DNA of 64,000 nt, from contig JAQUPZ010000002.1 in the NCBI GenBank assembly GCA_028716365.1, positions 705,005 through 769,004 of the forward strand, given 5' to 3'. The DNA comes from Kiritimatiellia bacterium. GTDB taxonomy: Bacteria; Verrucomicrobiota; Kiritimatiellia; UBA8416; YA12-FULL-48-11. Under the pieces are notes generated by a model. That model had not been told where the DNA came from. It worked only from the letters and a program-made list of their open reading frames with translations, and made no database searches. A program made the translations under genes and the position numbers. This document shows, piece after piece, positions 50,129 through 59,482 of the stretch (its first letter is position 1; the number at the start of each line of letters is the position of its first letter).

Positions 50129-51460
50129 CTAACGTGGCTCTATTGTATACATTCCGGTTGTAATGGCATATGCAGCATCCATCTTCATCCGCTTCAATTC
50201 GTGACCCGCCCCCCAACTGTCAGAATAAAGTATTTCCGAACTTTTTGTATTATATCCGATTATCAGACGTAAATGTCCGCCATTTCCCTGAGGCAATTTG
50301 GGAATTTCATCCACAATACCAAGCTGGACCCCCCATAACACAGGATAACCATTATTGATCTTGTCTTTAATTATCTTGCCGAAACGTTCAACCTGGGAGG
50401 CATTCCTGGTTCGCATTTGCAGGAAAATCTTCTTATCCATCTCTCCATATATCTTCGCTACATCAATTACCCCGGCCATGGGCATCAGTATCTCGTCCGT
50501 TCTTTGCTTTTTGGCCGTGCGATTATAATCCCTGACTATATTCATAAATTCTCTGACATTGAACTCCTGGCGAGTTTTCGACCGCACATTGAGCGAATTT
50601 GCCATGGATTTCAGGGCGTTGATAAGCGACTTTGGATCGGTACCTCCCCCCGAAGCAGTCGCCGCCTTCTGGGCAAGTTCATGCTGATTCACATCCACTC
50701 CATAATACCGCATTATCCTCTCGGTTGTGGCAACGGCACAGTATCCCTTCTGTCCTTGATCAACCATGGGAACATTGTCCAGATACACTTCACCTTCCTG
50801 GGTTTTCTTAACATGGTTCTTCAACTCGGAATAACCCACATCCACTTTCTGTTCACCGGCAAGCTGGCGCTGTGTAAAGCTTCCGGACTTGGTAATCGAC
50901 AGGTTCACAAACTCCGGGCGGATAAAACTTCGATTCCCACTACTCGCCTTTGTCCTGGAATAAGCATATTTTAGCACATATACGGACGGATTCTTTTCCC
51001 ACATGATAGATAACATCTTGCGGTCAACTCTTGTCGGTTGACGCGGAGTAATATCCCGTCCTTTCACTCCTGCCAGACCAGTCATTTCACCAGTCAAGAC
51101 CTCTATCTGTTTCTGAAAAGCTGCTTCGTCAATATCGCCCGCATCTCCGCGATTATATAACGACAACATTACCCCGGAGACAACATTCGATGAGAAACGA
51201 ATAATGATTTCAAGAACAGGCTGTTTTAGAAGCATAAGACCTGGCTGTACGGATCTTGCGGAATCTTTCGTCACAGAAACCCAGCGGAAACCCAAGCCAC
51301 CCATCTTCTCTGCAAGTTTATCACTATTAAGTGTCCATAAATCCTGGGACAACAACACTTCATCAAGCCGACTGCCACCATCTGCAGATATCACCACCTG
51401 AAAAGGAAAGATCGCAATCACCAGTAAAACAACAATTGAATAATATTTTTTAAAACTCAT
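50129..51460 (-). CDS. Secreted protein with a C-terminal papain-like cysteine peptidase domain (Peptidase_C39_2/BtrH-like)
   Basis: Signal peptide. Candidate nucleophile GYCAVATTERIMRYYG and downstream His (GGHLRLIIGY). Confidence 0.45.
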   Translation of the reverse strand: MSFKKYYSIVVLLVIAIFPFQVVISADGGSRLDEVLLSQDLWTLNSDKLAEKMGGLGFRWVSVTKDSARSVQPGLMLLKQPVLEIIIRFSSNVVSGVMLSLYNRGDAGDIDEAAFQKQIEVLTGEMTGLAGVKGRDITPRQPTRVDRKMLSIMWEKNPSVYVLKYAYSRTKASSGNRSFIRPEFVNLSITKSGSFTQRQLAGEQKVDVGYSELKNHVKKTQEGEVYLDNVPMVDQGQKGYCAVATTERIMRYYGVDVNQHELAQKAATASGGGTDPKSLINALKSMANSLNVRSKTRQEFNVREFMNIVRDYNRTAKKQRTDEILMPMAGVIDVAKIYGEMDKKIFLQMRTRNASQVERFGKIIKDKINNGYPVLWGVQLGIVDEIPKLPQGNGGHLRLIIGYNTKSSEILYSDSWGAGHELKRMKMDAAYAITTGMYTIEPR

Positions 51461-51537
51461 TCAAAACTCCTGATCTGACTGGCGCAGATAATAGCAGTTT
51501 GTTCTTTGAAATGGAAGATTACGTTCGGATTTTTATA

Positions 51538-54500
51538 CTATCGCCACAATTGACGCACCCTACTCCATAAGCCGCATTTTTCAACCTCAAACACCCGGAT
51601 TTTCTGTGGTTCAAAAGTGACGCTATGTTCAAACATAGCGTGAGATTCCATCTGTTCACCCTGCCCGTCAGGATTTATAGTAGTAATCCTGAATTTTCCT
51701 CCATGCCTTCTGAATCCCCAATCGCGAAGATCAAGTTTTATTTCAGTCGAAACAGGTTTGTCTGAAACATTGGCAAAAATTAAGGCAAGTTTGCCTTCTT
51801 TTTCCAACCACCAGGCCCCGGTTAAAACAGCATCAGTCGTCACCGGCCAGATACCATGCCACTGCCAATCAGCCTGTACGGTTGGAATGTTGCCAGTCAA
51901 ACGTGGAGGACGCATCATCTGTCCGACATAAAAATACTTCCTCAGCAACCATCGCAATTGTACTGCCTGGCGGAAAAATTCAGCACTCTCCTTCTGATTA
52001 ACAAGTTCCGGTCCGCACCATCCGATTTGTTCACCAAAAACCAGTTGCTGACCAGCTTTCATCCGTGCCGCCAAGTCCCGTGTTGGACCACCACGATACG
52101 CTCTTCCAAACATCTGCACGGTCCCACCATATACTGCAGAGAAGGCTGGCACTTGCCCGTCAAACTGCCAATGCCAGGTCAAAAACCCATCAAGCCAGCG
52201 CAGATATGGTTCGGCGTTACACTCGGAAGTAATCATACAGTCTTTGGGCATGGCCTTGCGAAGATCACTCAGCATTTTCACGTAACCCTGCCACCACCAG
52301 TTTCCGCCGCCAAGCGGATGGCCATGTAACTTATCGCAACAGAGCGTAGGCTTCGCCGCTGCTATCTGATCAATATAAACTCCGCGCGTGTCACACTCGG
52401 TCATTAAGCGAATAACTATATCCTTAACCTTCTTCTGCCAGAATTCGGTATAAGGACACATTGCAGCTAGAACCACTTTATTACTATCCGACTCTTTGGA
52501 GCCATAACTCTCTGTAATAACTTTTTCGTCCTGATCCTTCGACGCATAAGGTTTGGCCAGTCTCGTGAATTCAAAATCTTCCATCCCCCTGTCACGGGTA
52601 TCCCACAACCGGCCGTTGATATAAGGCATCACATAGACCCCGGCAGCCTGCAGATCCTTGACACCTTCTACAAAACCGTCTTTATAGGGAAAGTAGTGCG
52701 GGTAATCGTTGTCGAAGGGAATCTTATGCCAGTTATACCAGTGTATGGCTGAGGGCAGATTCAGGTATTGCTGGAACTTTTTGACATTAGGAACACAAGA
52801 CTTTGACTCGCCCCCGCTTATTGTCCAGACAGGCAATTCGCGCATCCACATGGGAGTATCTTCACGTCCATACCTAGTCAACTTTGGCCACCATTTTGCT
52901 CCCGGTGCGATACCCGGTCCCCCACCCGCCCAGTCACGATAAATCCTTGCAGCATCATACCAGTCACCCCGCAACAGTTTCCAGACCGCCGGTCCAGGAA
53001 GTCTGAATGTGTTCCCGGGTAATCCCATATCTGCGACAGGAAAGGAAAATGCCATCATTACATCGGACTTGGAAACCCTACCATCCACCACTAAATCCTT
53101 GGTATGAGCTTCCCCATCGTGTATTGCAAAATACAAACCAGACCGGACCTTTTCATCATAGGCAGCCAGAAACTGCATGGTCGTCCAACCATTAGGATAA
53201 GTGCCACCATAGTGAAAAGCCTGGCGCGTCAATCCCTTCTTTACCTCACCCGGTCCCCGAGGAAAAAGCACTGCTAAATCTTCACCAAAATCTCCTACTG
53301 CCACCTGCGGAAATGCCACCTTCAAAAGCGTCCAGTCTTTGGGAACTTTATCGACAGAAAGATGCCAAACGATACCATCCTGTGGAGCTTTTGGTTTCTG
53401 ATTCACCAGAAGTGCCTTGATACAAATATCCGACAAACCTGTTTCGGCTGATTGAGTCCAGCAAATCTCCAGACCATGCCCGCGATTTTTATCACCGCCA
53501 GGATTTGCAGTGACCTGCCCCCATCCTGCCTCGGATGACAGGTGTACCTCATTACTGCTGGATAAATGCCTGAGGGTAATTTCAAACAGTGGCAGAGAAT
53601 GCGGCGAAAGCAATTCCCGTCCGGTCTTCAGGTCAAAAAGACTCCTGCATGCCACACCTCCGGCAGTCTTCTCCAAGCTAACAGCCAGATCCCCAGCCAT
53701 AAGTGTTGTCCAACTTGCAGGAGGTTTATTTTCCAACCACGCCGGAATTTCACCAAGCCGTCCCTGGGCCTCCATTTTCTCAGCCATCGCTGCACGCCAG
53801 CGCTTATGTCGACCAGCAACAGAATTCTCGCCTGAGGCAGAGGCCAGTAAAGCATCAATTCCATGCCTCATTTGGATGTTGGTCAAAATCACTTTTCTAC
53901 CGGGGAGCGATTCAGCCGACTGCCGAATTGCGGCTATCGGATCAGTATCGCTTGCCATCCATAACCAGGCTGACATCTGTCGCCGCCGCTCTTTCCAACC
54001 ACGCCAGGCCATATTACCATCAGCTTGAAGATATCGTTGGCCACGTCCATCGTAAAGTAATGCCTGCCCACCGCGAAGAACCGCAACAGCATCCTTACCA
54101 TCGATTAACGCGCCCCATCCCGGAAATCCAAAACTCTTGTTGGTGGATACGAACTTTCCCTGCTCCATCGGTTCACCACCGGCCCATTGTTTGAAACTCT
54201 CATCGGAGAAATTCATCTCCAGGAAGTGGATCTCATTCCATTCGAAGTCCTTTTGCTGACAGGCAAGTGCCCGTACAAAGACCAACGGTAAATCGTGAAA
54301 ATAAAACCAATCATAGACTGCAACCGGCTTAGAATCGGGTTGAACTTTTCCCTGACAGTATCCGCCACGCACACGGACCACACTGCAGATGGGTCCTTCC
54401 GACACCAGCTCCACCGTTGCGCTAGGATCACCACGAAGTGTAAAGCCGCCTTTCTGGCGGTGATGTAATCGATCCTGCCATGAAAAGTTCTTGTCCGAAA

Positions 54501-54960
54501 TAACTTTGCCGGTCTTTAGAAATTCAATATGAGAAGGCAAGCCACCCAAACGCACAGGATCGTGAGTAACATTCAGCCACTTTGTACGAACCGGACCAGC
54601 CAAAGTTCTGGAGTTTTCCACCGAACCAGCCTGCAGCTTTAGCATAACCCGATGTTCTCCGCCTTTGGGCAATTTAAGGAGAATGGTTGAGGTACTATCT
54701 TCAGCTCGATCCAAAGGCGGTATAATTTGAACAGGGACATCTTGATCTTGAAGGCTTGCAGAAACTTTTATAGAAAAACACCCCGATATTTCCGGTAACA
54801 CCGCATCGGCCAAATTGACTTCCGCAAGAACAAGTCCGCTTTCAGGAACTTCACGAACGATTAACATCAGATCCGACTGATCTGCCGCGAGAAACTGGTT
54901 GAACACCATCAAAATCAATATAATCAATGTATTTTTACGCATTAATAATCTCCCTGTCAT
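51538..54960 (-). CDS. Large secreted hypothetical protein (1140 aa), probably carbohydrate-active (TIM-barrel-like C-terminal region)
   Basis: Signal peptide MRKNTLIILILMVFNQFLAADQ. Trp-rich C-terminal domain. No confident family assignment. Confidence 0.55.
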   Translation of the reverse strand: MTGRLLMRKNTLIILILMVFNQFLAADQSDLMLIVREVPESGLVLAEVNLADAVLPEISGCFSIKVSASLQDQDVPVQIIPPLDRAEDSTSTILLKLPKGGEHRVMLKLQAGSVENSRTLAGPVRTKWLNVTHDPVRLGGLPSHIEFLKTGKVISDKNFSWQDRLHHRQKGGFTLRGDPSATVELVSEGPICSVVRVRGGYCQGKVQPDSKPVAVYDWFYFHDLPLVFVRALACQQKDFEWNEIHFLEMNFSDESFKQWAGGEPMEQGKFVSTNKSFGFPGWGALIDGKDAVAVLRGGQALLYDGRGQRYLQADGNMAWRGWKERRRQMSAWLWMASDTDPIAAIRQSAESLPGRKVILTNIQMRHGIDALLASASGENSVAGRHKRWRAAMAEKMEAQGRLGEIPAWLENKPPASWTTLMAGDLAVSLEKTAGGVACRSLFDLKTGRELLSPHSLPLFEITLRHLSSSNEVHLSSEAGWGQVTANPGGDKNRGHGLEICWTQSAETGLSDICIKALLVNQKPKAPQDGIVWHLSVDKVPKDWTLLKVAFPQVAVGDFGEDLAVLFPRGPGEVKKGLTRQAFHYGGTYPNGWTTMQFLAAYDEKVRSGLYFAIHDGEAHTKDLVVDGRVSKSDVMMAFSFPVADMGLPGNTFRLPGPAVWKLLRGDWYDAARIYRDWAGGGPGIAPGAKWWPKLTRYGREDTPMWMRELPVWTISGGESKSCVPNVKKFQQYLNLPSAIHWYNWHKIPFDNDYPHYFPYKDGFVEGVKDLQAAGVYVMPYINGRLWDTRDRGMEDFEFTRLAKPYASKDQDEKVITESYGSKESDSNKVVLAAMCPYTEFWQKKVKDIVIRLMTECDTRGVYIDQIAAAKPTLCCDKLHGHPLGGGNWWWQGYVKMLSDLRKAMPKDCMITSECNAEPYLRWLDGFLTWHWQFDGQVPAFSAVYGGTVQMFGRAYRGGPTRDLAARMKAGQQLVFGEQIGWCGPELVNQKESAEFFRQAVQLRWLLRKYFYVGQMMRPPRLTGNIPTVQADWQWHGIWPVTTDAVLTGAWWLEKEGKLALIFANVSDKPVSTEIKLDLRDWGFRRHGGKFRITTINPDGQGEQMESHAMFEHSVTFEPQKIRVFEVEKCGLWSRVRQLWR

Positions 54961-55002
54961 GTATGGTTACTCGCCGTGTCAGGCATTGTGGATTTTTCAA
55001 GA

Positions 55003-56112
55003 TTAACGTTTTGTATCACTGCAAGGTAAATTAAGCGCTTTTCGCAGATATGGCTCAAGTCCCTTTGCACAGAAATAAAAACCCAGTGAATTCGCGTGTA
55101 CACCATCCACAAGTCCCTCGGCCTGCTCAGGCGAAAGCATTTCACGACCATCGACAAAGATGATGTTTTTATCACCAGTCCTGGTGCGTTCTGTAACAAA
55201 ATCGCGCGCTATCTTTCTCTTCGCATCCTGAGTAGCGGCACGTTCCTTGTTAACGCATTCATTGCTGAAGTAATACGCACCCGTGATCAGGATCGGCGTT
55301 TTCGGATACTTGGCACGTAGAATGTCCACAAAAACAGGCATTGTATCGCGATAGACATCGGGGCTTGGATTACCCCAGTAATCAAGCACGTAAGCCGCGG
55401 CATCAATTTCGGCTATCGCCTGCGCGACTGCCGGTTCGCCCAGACCATTGCCGCTGAAACCAAGATTCACATGATCCAGATTAAGCCAACGAGAAACGAT
55501 GGACTGATAACTCAGGCCGGGATTCGCAGCACAACCGCCCTGCGTAATACTCGAACCGTAATAAACAACCGGCTTGGGTAAGGCGAACTTCGAAGGTGCT
55601 TCGATCTTCGCATCTGCATCAAAAATGAACTCAGAAATTGTAATTGGCTTGTAAAGCGGCAGGTAGATCGTCACGTCGTGCATCTGGCGCGTTTCGCTAA
55701 GTCGCCAGTCGGCGCGGATTTTAGCTTCTTTGCCCGGCCAGGCACTACCGATGAAACGACCATCAACGTAAAGATCGAGACCACTTTGCCCGATGGTGGT
55801 CATGTGATGCATTGTCGAAGAATTCGGGTTTTGAGCAATAACAACAAGGGTGATTGAATCGGTCCGAAACCGTATACGCCCGCCTGCCGGGTCTTGCGAC
55901 AGGCCCCATACCGGAGGACGAAACGTGTCCTTGAGGCGTACAGGCAAACGGTGTAACACAGGCTTGTCTTCTTCGAACCAATGTAAACCACTGACGGTCA
56001 GCCGCGCGTCAGGGAACGCGATATGTAAAGCATTAGTAGGCTCGGCGACAGCATTCTGCAAAACAAATAATACAGGGAAAAGTAAAACGACCAGATATTT
56101 GATTAAGTTCAT
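55003..56112 (-). CDS. SGNH/GDSL hydrolase family protein (carbohydrate or sialate esterase-like), secreted
   Basis: Signal peptide. GDSL block VVYYGSSITQGG. Confidence 0.7.
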   Translation of the reverse strand: MNLIKYLVVLLFPVLFVLQNAVAEPTNALHIAFPDARLTVSGLHWFEEDKPVLHRLPVRLKDTFRPPVWGLSQDPAGGRIRFRTDSITLVVIAQNPNSSTMHHMTTIGQSGLDLYVDGRFIGSAWPGKEAKIRADWRLSETRQMHDVTIYLPLYKPITISEFIFDADAKIEAPSKFALPKPVVYYGSSITQGGCAANPGLSYQSIVSRWLNLDHVNLGFSGNGLGEPAVAQAIAEIDAAAYVLDYWGNPSPDVYRDTMPVFVDILRAKYPKTPILITGAYYFSNECVNKERAATQDAKRKIARDFVTERTRTGDKNIIFVDGREMLSPEQAEGLVDGVHANSLGFYFCAKGLEPYLRKALNLPCSDTKR

Positions 56113-56246
56113 AATTTTACAGCCGATTGAAGGCCTCCTTGATGTATGTTGAATCGATGAACTTTTATCAGGTCAAAGCTTGGCAAATCAAGGCCTATTG
56201 CAATTCTTTGTCCGTTTCTCAACAATAACTCAAAATTCCTATTTGT

Positions 56247-58496
56247 TTATTTTCTACAATCCTTTCCGATGAAAACACTGTTACCTCCGGTACCAATATA
56301 AATCTGTGTCGAATCATGAGGGTTGACACTCACACAACTGATATTGCGATGAGATAATCCGGTATTCTCGTGCCGCCAGGTTATGCCTCCATCCATACTT
56401 TTCAATAATCCTTCTGCCAGAGGATTATCATGATAGGGATGATCAGTTGTCGCCGCATAAAGAATACGTGAATCGGCAGGATTAATCGCGACATCGCGTA
56501 CAAAACGAAAATCCAGGATACGTTGCCAGGTAATACCACCATCGACACTTTTAAACAAACCACCCGGATGCATTCGCCGGGTATTTTTGTCATAGTGTTC
56601 CCGTGTACAGACATAGCGTGTTTTCAAATCATTGGGATCGATCACCAGACTCTGGATATCCGAAAAAAGTGGTTCCTTGTCAACACGGGACCAGGTCCCA
56701 CCGTTGTCACCTGTTTCATAAATGCCCGCGCCTTTATTCCAATCCCCCGCCAAGGCAACAATGATATGGTCTGAATCTGCCGGATCAAGTAATAGCCCCC
56801 GAGGTTCTTTGATCGTTTCTGCCGTTAGATTACCATTGATACATCGCCACGAATCCCCGCCGTCTCGTGATTCAAAAATTCCATTCCCTTTTGATGTTAC
56901 CAGCAAACGTCGATTTCCAACCGGGCTTTTGAGATCCAATACAGGATGGCGTGTCTGCCCAACCGGTAGACCGGTTTCCGGCTTTCCGACAACCCGCCAT
57001 GTTTTTCCGTCATCATCCGACCGGCAAATGTCACCCATATTACTACCCCATTCACCCGTCCCCGCCCAAATTGTATTTGGCGACTTCGGATCCACAGCCA
57101 CTCTAAAACAATTACCGGGATGTTTCATACTCTCGATACTGCGGCGAAAAGTGTGTCCTTCGTCATCGGAGATAAGCAGGCCGATATCCATGTAGCAGAA
57201 GTATAATCGTCGTGGACGGATGGGATCCGGCACAATGTCATTCAGACATGTTACCTCTAACCCGGTTCCAGCGAAATTTCCATTTGGTAATTGACGGTAA
57301 TAACGCTGCTGCCAGGACTTGCCGGTATCTTCTGTCGCAAAAATATGGCCACTGGTGCCAAAAACAATACTGTCAGGTTTTATACTGGAGATGGCCATAC
57401 ACTCAACTGATGGGCCCCACGACTTAATCCAGCCGTATTCCATATTGATATTCGTACCCGAGTGAACCGTGGTGCGTTGCCAGTGTCGGCCTCCATCAAT
57501 TGTTTTTAATAAACCCGCTGTTACCCATGATGTGTTCCCGGCATAAACAACATTCGCATCGCGTGGATCAACTACTATCTCCTTGATAGTGGATGTCATC
57601 TGTCGAGGCTGATTCGCCTTGCCAACACGATGCGGCATGCCTTCGCCATTGGCAGATCGCCATGTACGTCCCGCATCATCGCTTCGGTAAACACCGCCAT
57701 TCCACGGTTCCTTGTCACGGGCTGTCGTACAAAGAGAAGCGTAAACCACATCAGGAGATGAAACGGCAAAGGCGATTTCCTCCACACGCAAAAGTGGCAG
57801 TCCTTCGCTGGAAGATTTCCAGGTTTTACCTTCGTCATCGCTGCGAAAGATACCCTTTGTTGTGGCGGCTAGAATGATTTTACTGTTATCGGGTTTGACT
57901 TCAATGTCACTGACAATGGCATCGGATGGCAACTGCCCTGCGGAAACAAGACGCCATGTGAGGCCTGTATCGCCACTGGCATAAATTGTACCTTTGCCGT
58001 TTTTTCCCTGGCGCGGCCTCCCGATTCCAGCATAGACAATTGCAGGGTGAATGGGATTAAAACACACGGCCCCAATGGGTGCAGAGAAAGAATGTCCCTG
58101 TATCGGCGGGAAACCTGTCCGTATCCACTGCCAGGTTTTGCCCCGATCCGTAGTGCGATGGATACCACTCTCTGTTCCCAGAATGATGATATTATTATCT
58201 TTTGGATGTACCGCTATGGATTCAATGAAATAGTCATGTAGTCCATTATTTCGGATTGTGTAGGTCCTGCCGGAATCTGTTGAAAAATAAAAACCACCGA
58301 CATCACAGCCAACGTACAGAATATCAGGATCAAGCGGATCGAATGCAATTGACTGGATCCATCCGCCACCGCCGGGACCAGCCAGTCTCCACGTAATATC
58401 GTTCCCATTCGGTGCATCTGACGCCCGCATTGAACCAGCATAAACCACAGAAACCACTGTTATAAAAAACAGAATGAATAAACGGAATATTCGCAT
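56247..58496 (-). CDS. BNR/Asp-box repeat protein with about 13 S-x-D-x-G-x-T-W motifs. Probably tandem beta-propellers (GH74/sortilin-like)
   Basis: STDSGRTY, TTDRGKTWQ, SGDTGLTWR, SDDEGKTWK, SDDAGRTWR, TIDGGRHWQ, TEDTGKSWQ, SDDDGKTWR, SRDGGDSWR, TGDNGGTWS, SVDGGITWQ and SMDGGITWR are visible. No FRIP motif. Confidence 0.7.
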   Translation of the reverse strand: MRIFRLFILFFITVVSVVYAGSMRASDAPNGNDITWRLAGPGGGGWIQSIAFDPLDPDILYVGCDVGGFYFSTDSGRTYTIRNNGLHDYFIESIAVHPKDNNIIILGTESGIHRTTDRGKTWQWIRTGFPPIQGHSFSAPIGAVCFNPIHPAIVYAGIGRPRQGKNGKGTIYASGDTGLTWRLVSAGQLPSDAIVSDIEVKPDNSKIILAATTKGIFRSDDEGKTWKSSSEGLPLLRVEEIAFAVSSPDVVYASLCTTARDKEPWNGGVYRSDDAGRTWRSANGEGMPHRVGKANQPRQMTSTIKEIVVDPRDANVVYAGNTSWVTAGLLKTIDGGRHWQRTTVHSGTNINMEYGWIKSWGPSVECMAISSIKPDSIVFGTSGHIFATEDTGKSWQQRYYRQLPNGNFAGTGLEVTCLNDIVPDPIRPRRLYFCYMDIGLLISDDEGHTFRRSIESMKHPGNCFRVAVDPKSPNTIWAGTGEWGSNMGDICRSDDDGKTWRVVGKPETGLPVGQTRHPVLDLKSPVGNRRLLVTSKGNGIFESRDGGDSWRCINGNLTAETIKEPRGLLLDPADSDHIIVALAGDWNKGAGIYETGDNGGTWSRVDKEPLFSDIQSLVIDPNDLKTRYVCTREHYDKNTRRMHPGGLFKSVDGGITWQRILDFRFVRDVAINPADSRILYAATTDHPYHDNPLAEGLLKSMDGGITWRHENTGLSHRNISCVSVNPHDSTQIYIGTGGNSVFIGKDCRK

Positions 58497-58515
58497 TTTC
58501 GAGGTTTCTACCTTG

Positions 58516-59433
58516 TTATGATGGGCGCCATTTTAATTCGACAACCTGGCCGTGTACCTTATGTGTATGATCAAGGCAATTCCACTGAAGCCGTACACCA
58601 TCATTTTGGAGCGTGGCCAAAATCCAGCCACTCGGAGTCGTCGGCGAGAAAAGCCAGGCAGTAGCCGGCAGATTGATCAAATGAATGCCACTTGTATGTT
58701 CGATAATCTGCCAGTTGTGAGAATGACCAAACACATACGCCTTAACCTGCTTGCGCGGTGTGATTACAGCCAGGAATTCATCCTTGTCACGCAAACCCGA
58801 TGTTTTTCCATCCTTGATATCCCTCAGATCATGATGAGCAACAATGATCGCAGGCTTATCGGTATTGGCATCAAGTGTACGGGCCAGCCATTCAAGTTGG
58901 GCAGTACCCATAAATCCAGCCGTGACAAGAGTCTTTTCAAGTGAATCCATCAGGAACCAGTTCGCCCGTGGTGAACTAATCATGGCAACGTGACGCCCCT
59001 TAAGCGGCGACGGTGGCACTTTTACCTCCGGTAAGGTCGCATAAAGATTCTCACGATTATCATGATTACCAAGCACGAGGTGAACAGCAATCCTGTCGGA
59101 ACGAAGCGGCTGAAGGAGTTCTCCAAGCGTGGTATAATCAGCAACTTCACCACTATTACAGACACAATCACCTGCAACCAGTATTGCTGATGGCCGCGTT
59201 GCCAGTTCCCTGATTTCACGAATAGCAGAAATAAGATTGTCCGTCATATTTATATTTCGCAGTACCTTTTTGCGATCACCTGCAATATGTATGTCCGCCA
59301 TCAAAGCCCATGTGTGTGGATCAGTTGGTTTATCACCCGCCCAAAGGTTCTTCCCCAGCATAAGACTGGCGCCAGTTGCCAGTGAGCATTTCAAGAATTG
59401 CCGACGACTAATGGGTGAAAGATAAACAGGCAT
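58516..59433 (-). CDS. Tat-secreted calcineurin-like metallophosphoesterase
   Basis: Twin-arginine signal SRRQFLKCSLATGASLM. GDxxxN (GDCVCNSGE), GNHDN, GHSHN motifs. Confidence 0.75.
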   Translation of the reverse strand: MPVYLSPISRRQFLKCSLATGASLMLGKNLWAGDKPTDPHTWALMADIHIAGDRKKVLRNINMTDNLISAIREIRELATRPSAILVAGDCVCNSGEVADYTTLGELLQPLRSDRIAVHLVLGNHDNRENLYATLPEVKVPPSPLKGRHVAMISSPRANWFLMDSLEKTLVTAGFMGTAQLEWLARTLDANTDKPAIIVAHHDLRDIKDGKTSGLRDKDEFLAVITPRKQVKAYVFGHSHNWQIIEHTSGIHLINLPATAWLFSPTTPSGWILATLQNDGVRLQWNCLDHTHKVHGQVVELKWRPS

Positions 59434-59482
59434 ATTCTCTCCTATCTTGATAACTTGATAATATTAACAAGATTACGGACAA

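Noticed and set aside
56247-58496. Calling the BNR protein a sialidase
   Set aside because: It has about 13 Asp-box motifs and no FRIP/RIP arginine motif. That fits a double beta-propeller (GH74/sortilin-like) better than a GH33 sialidase.
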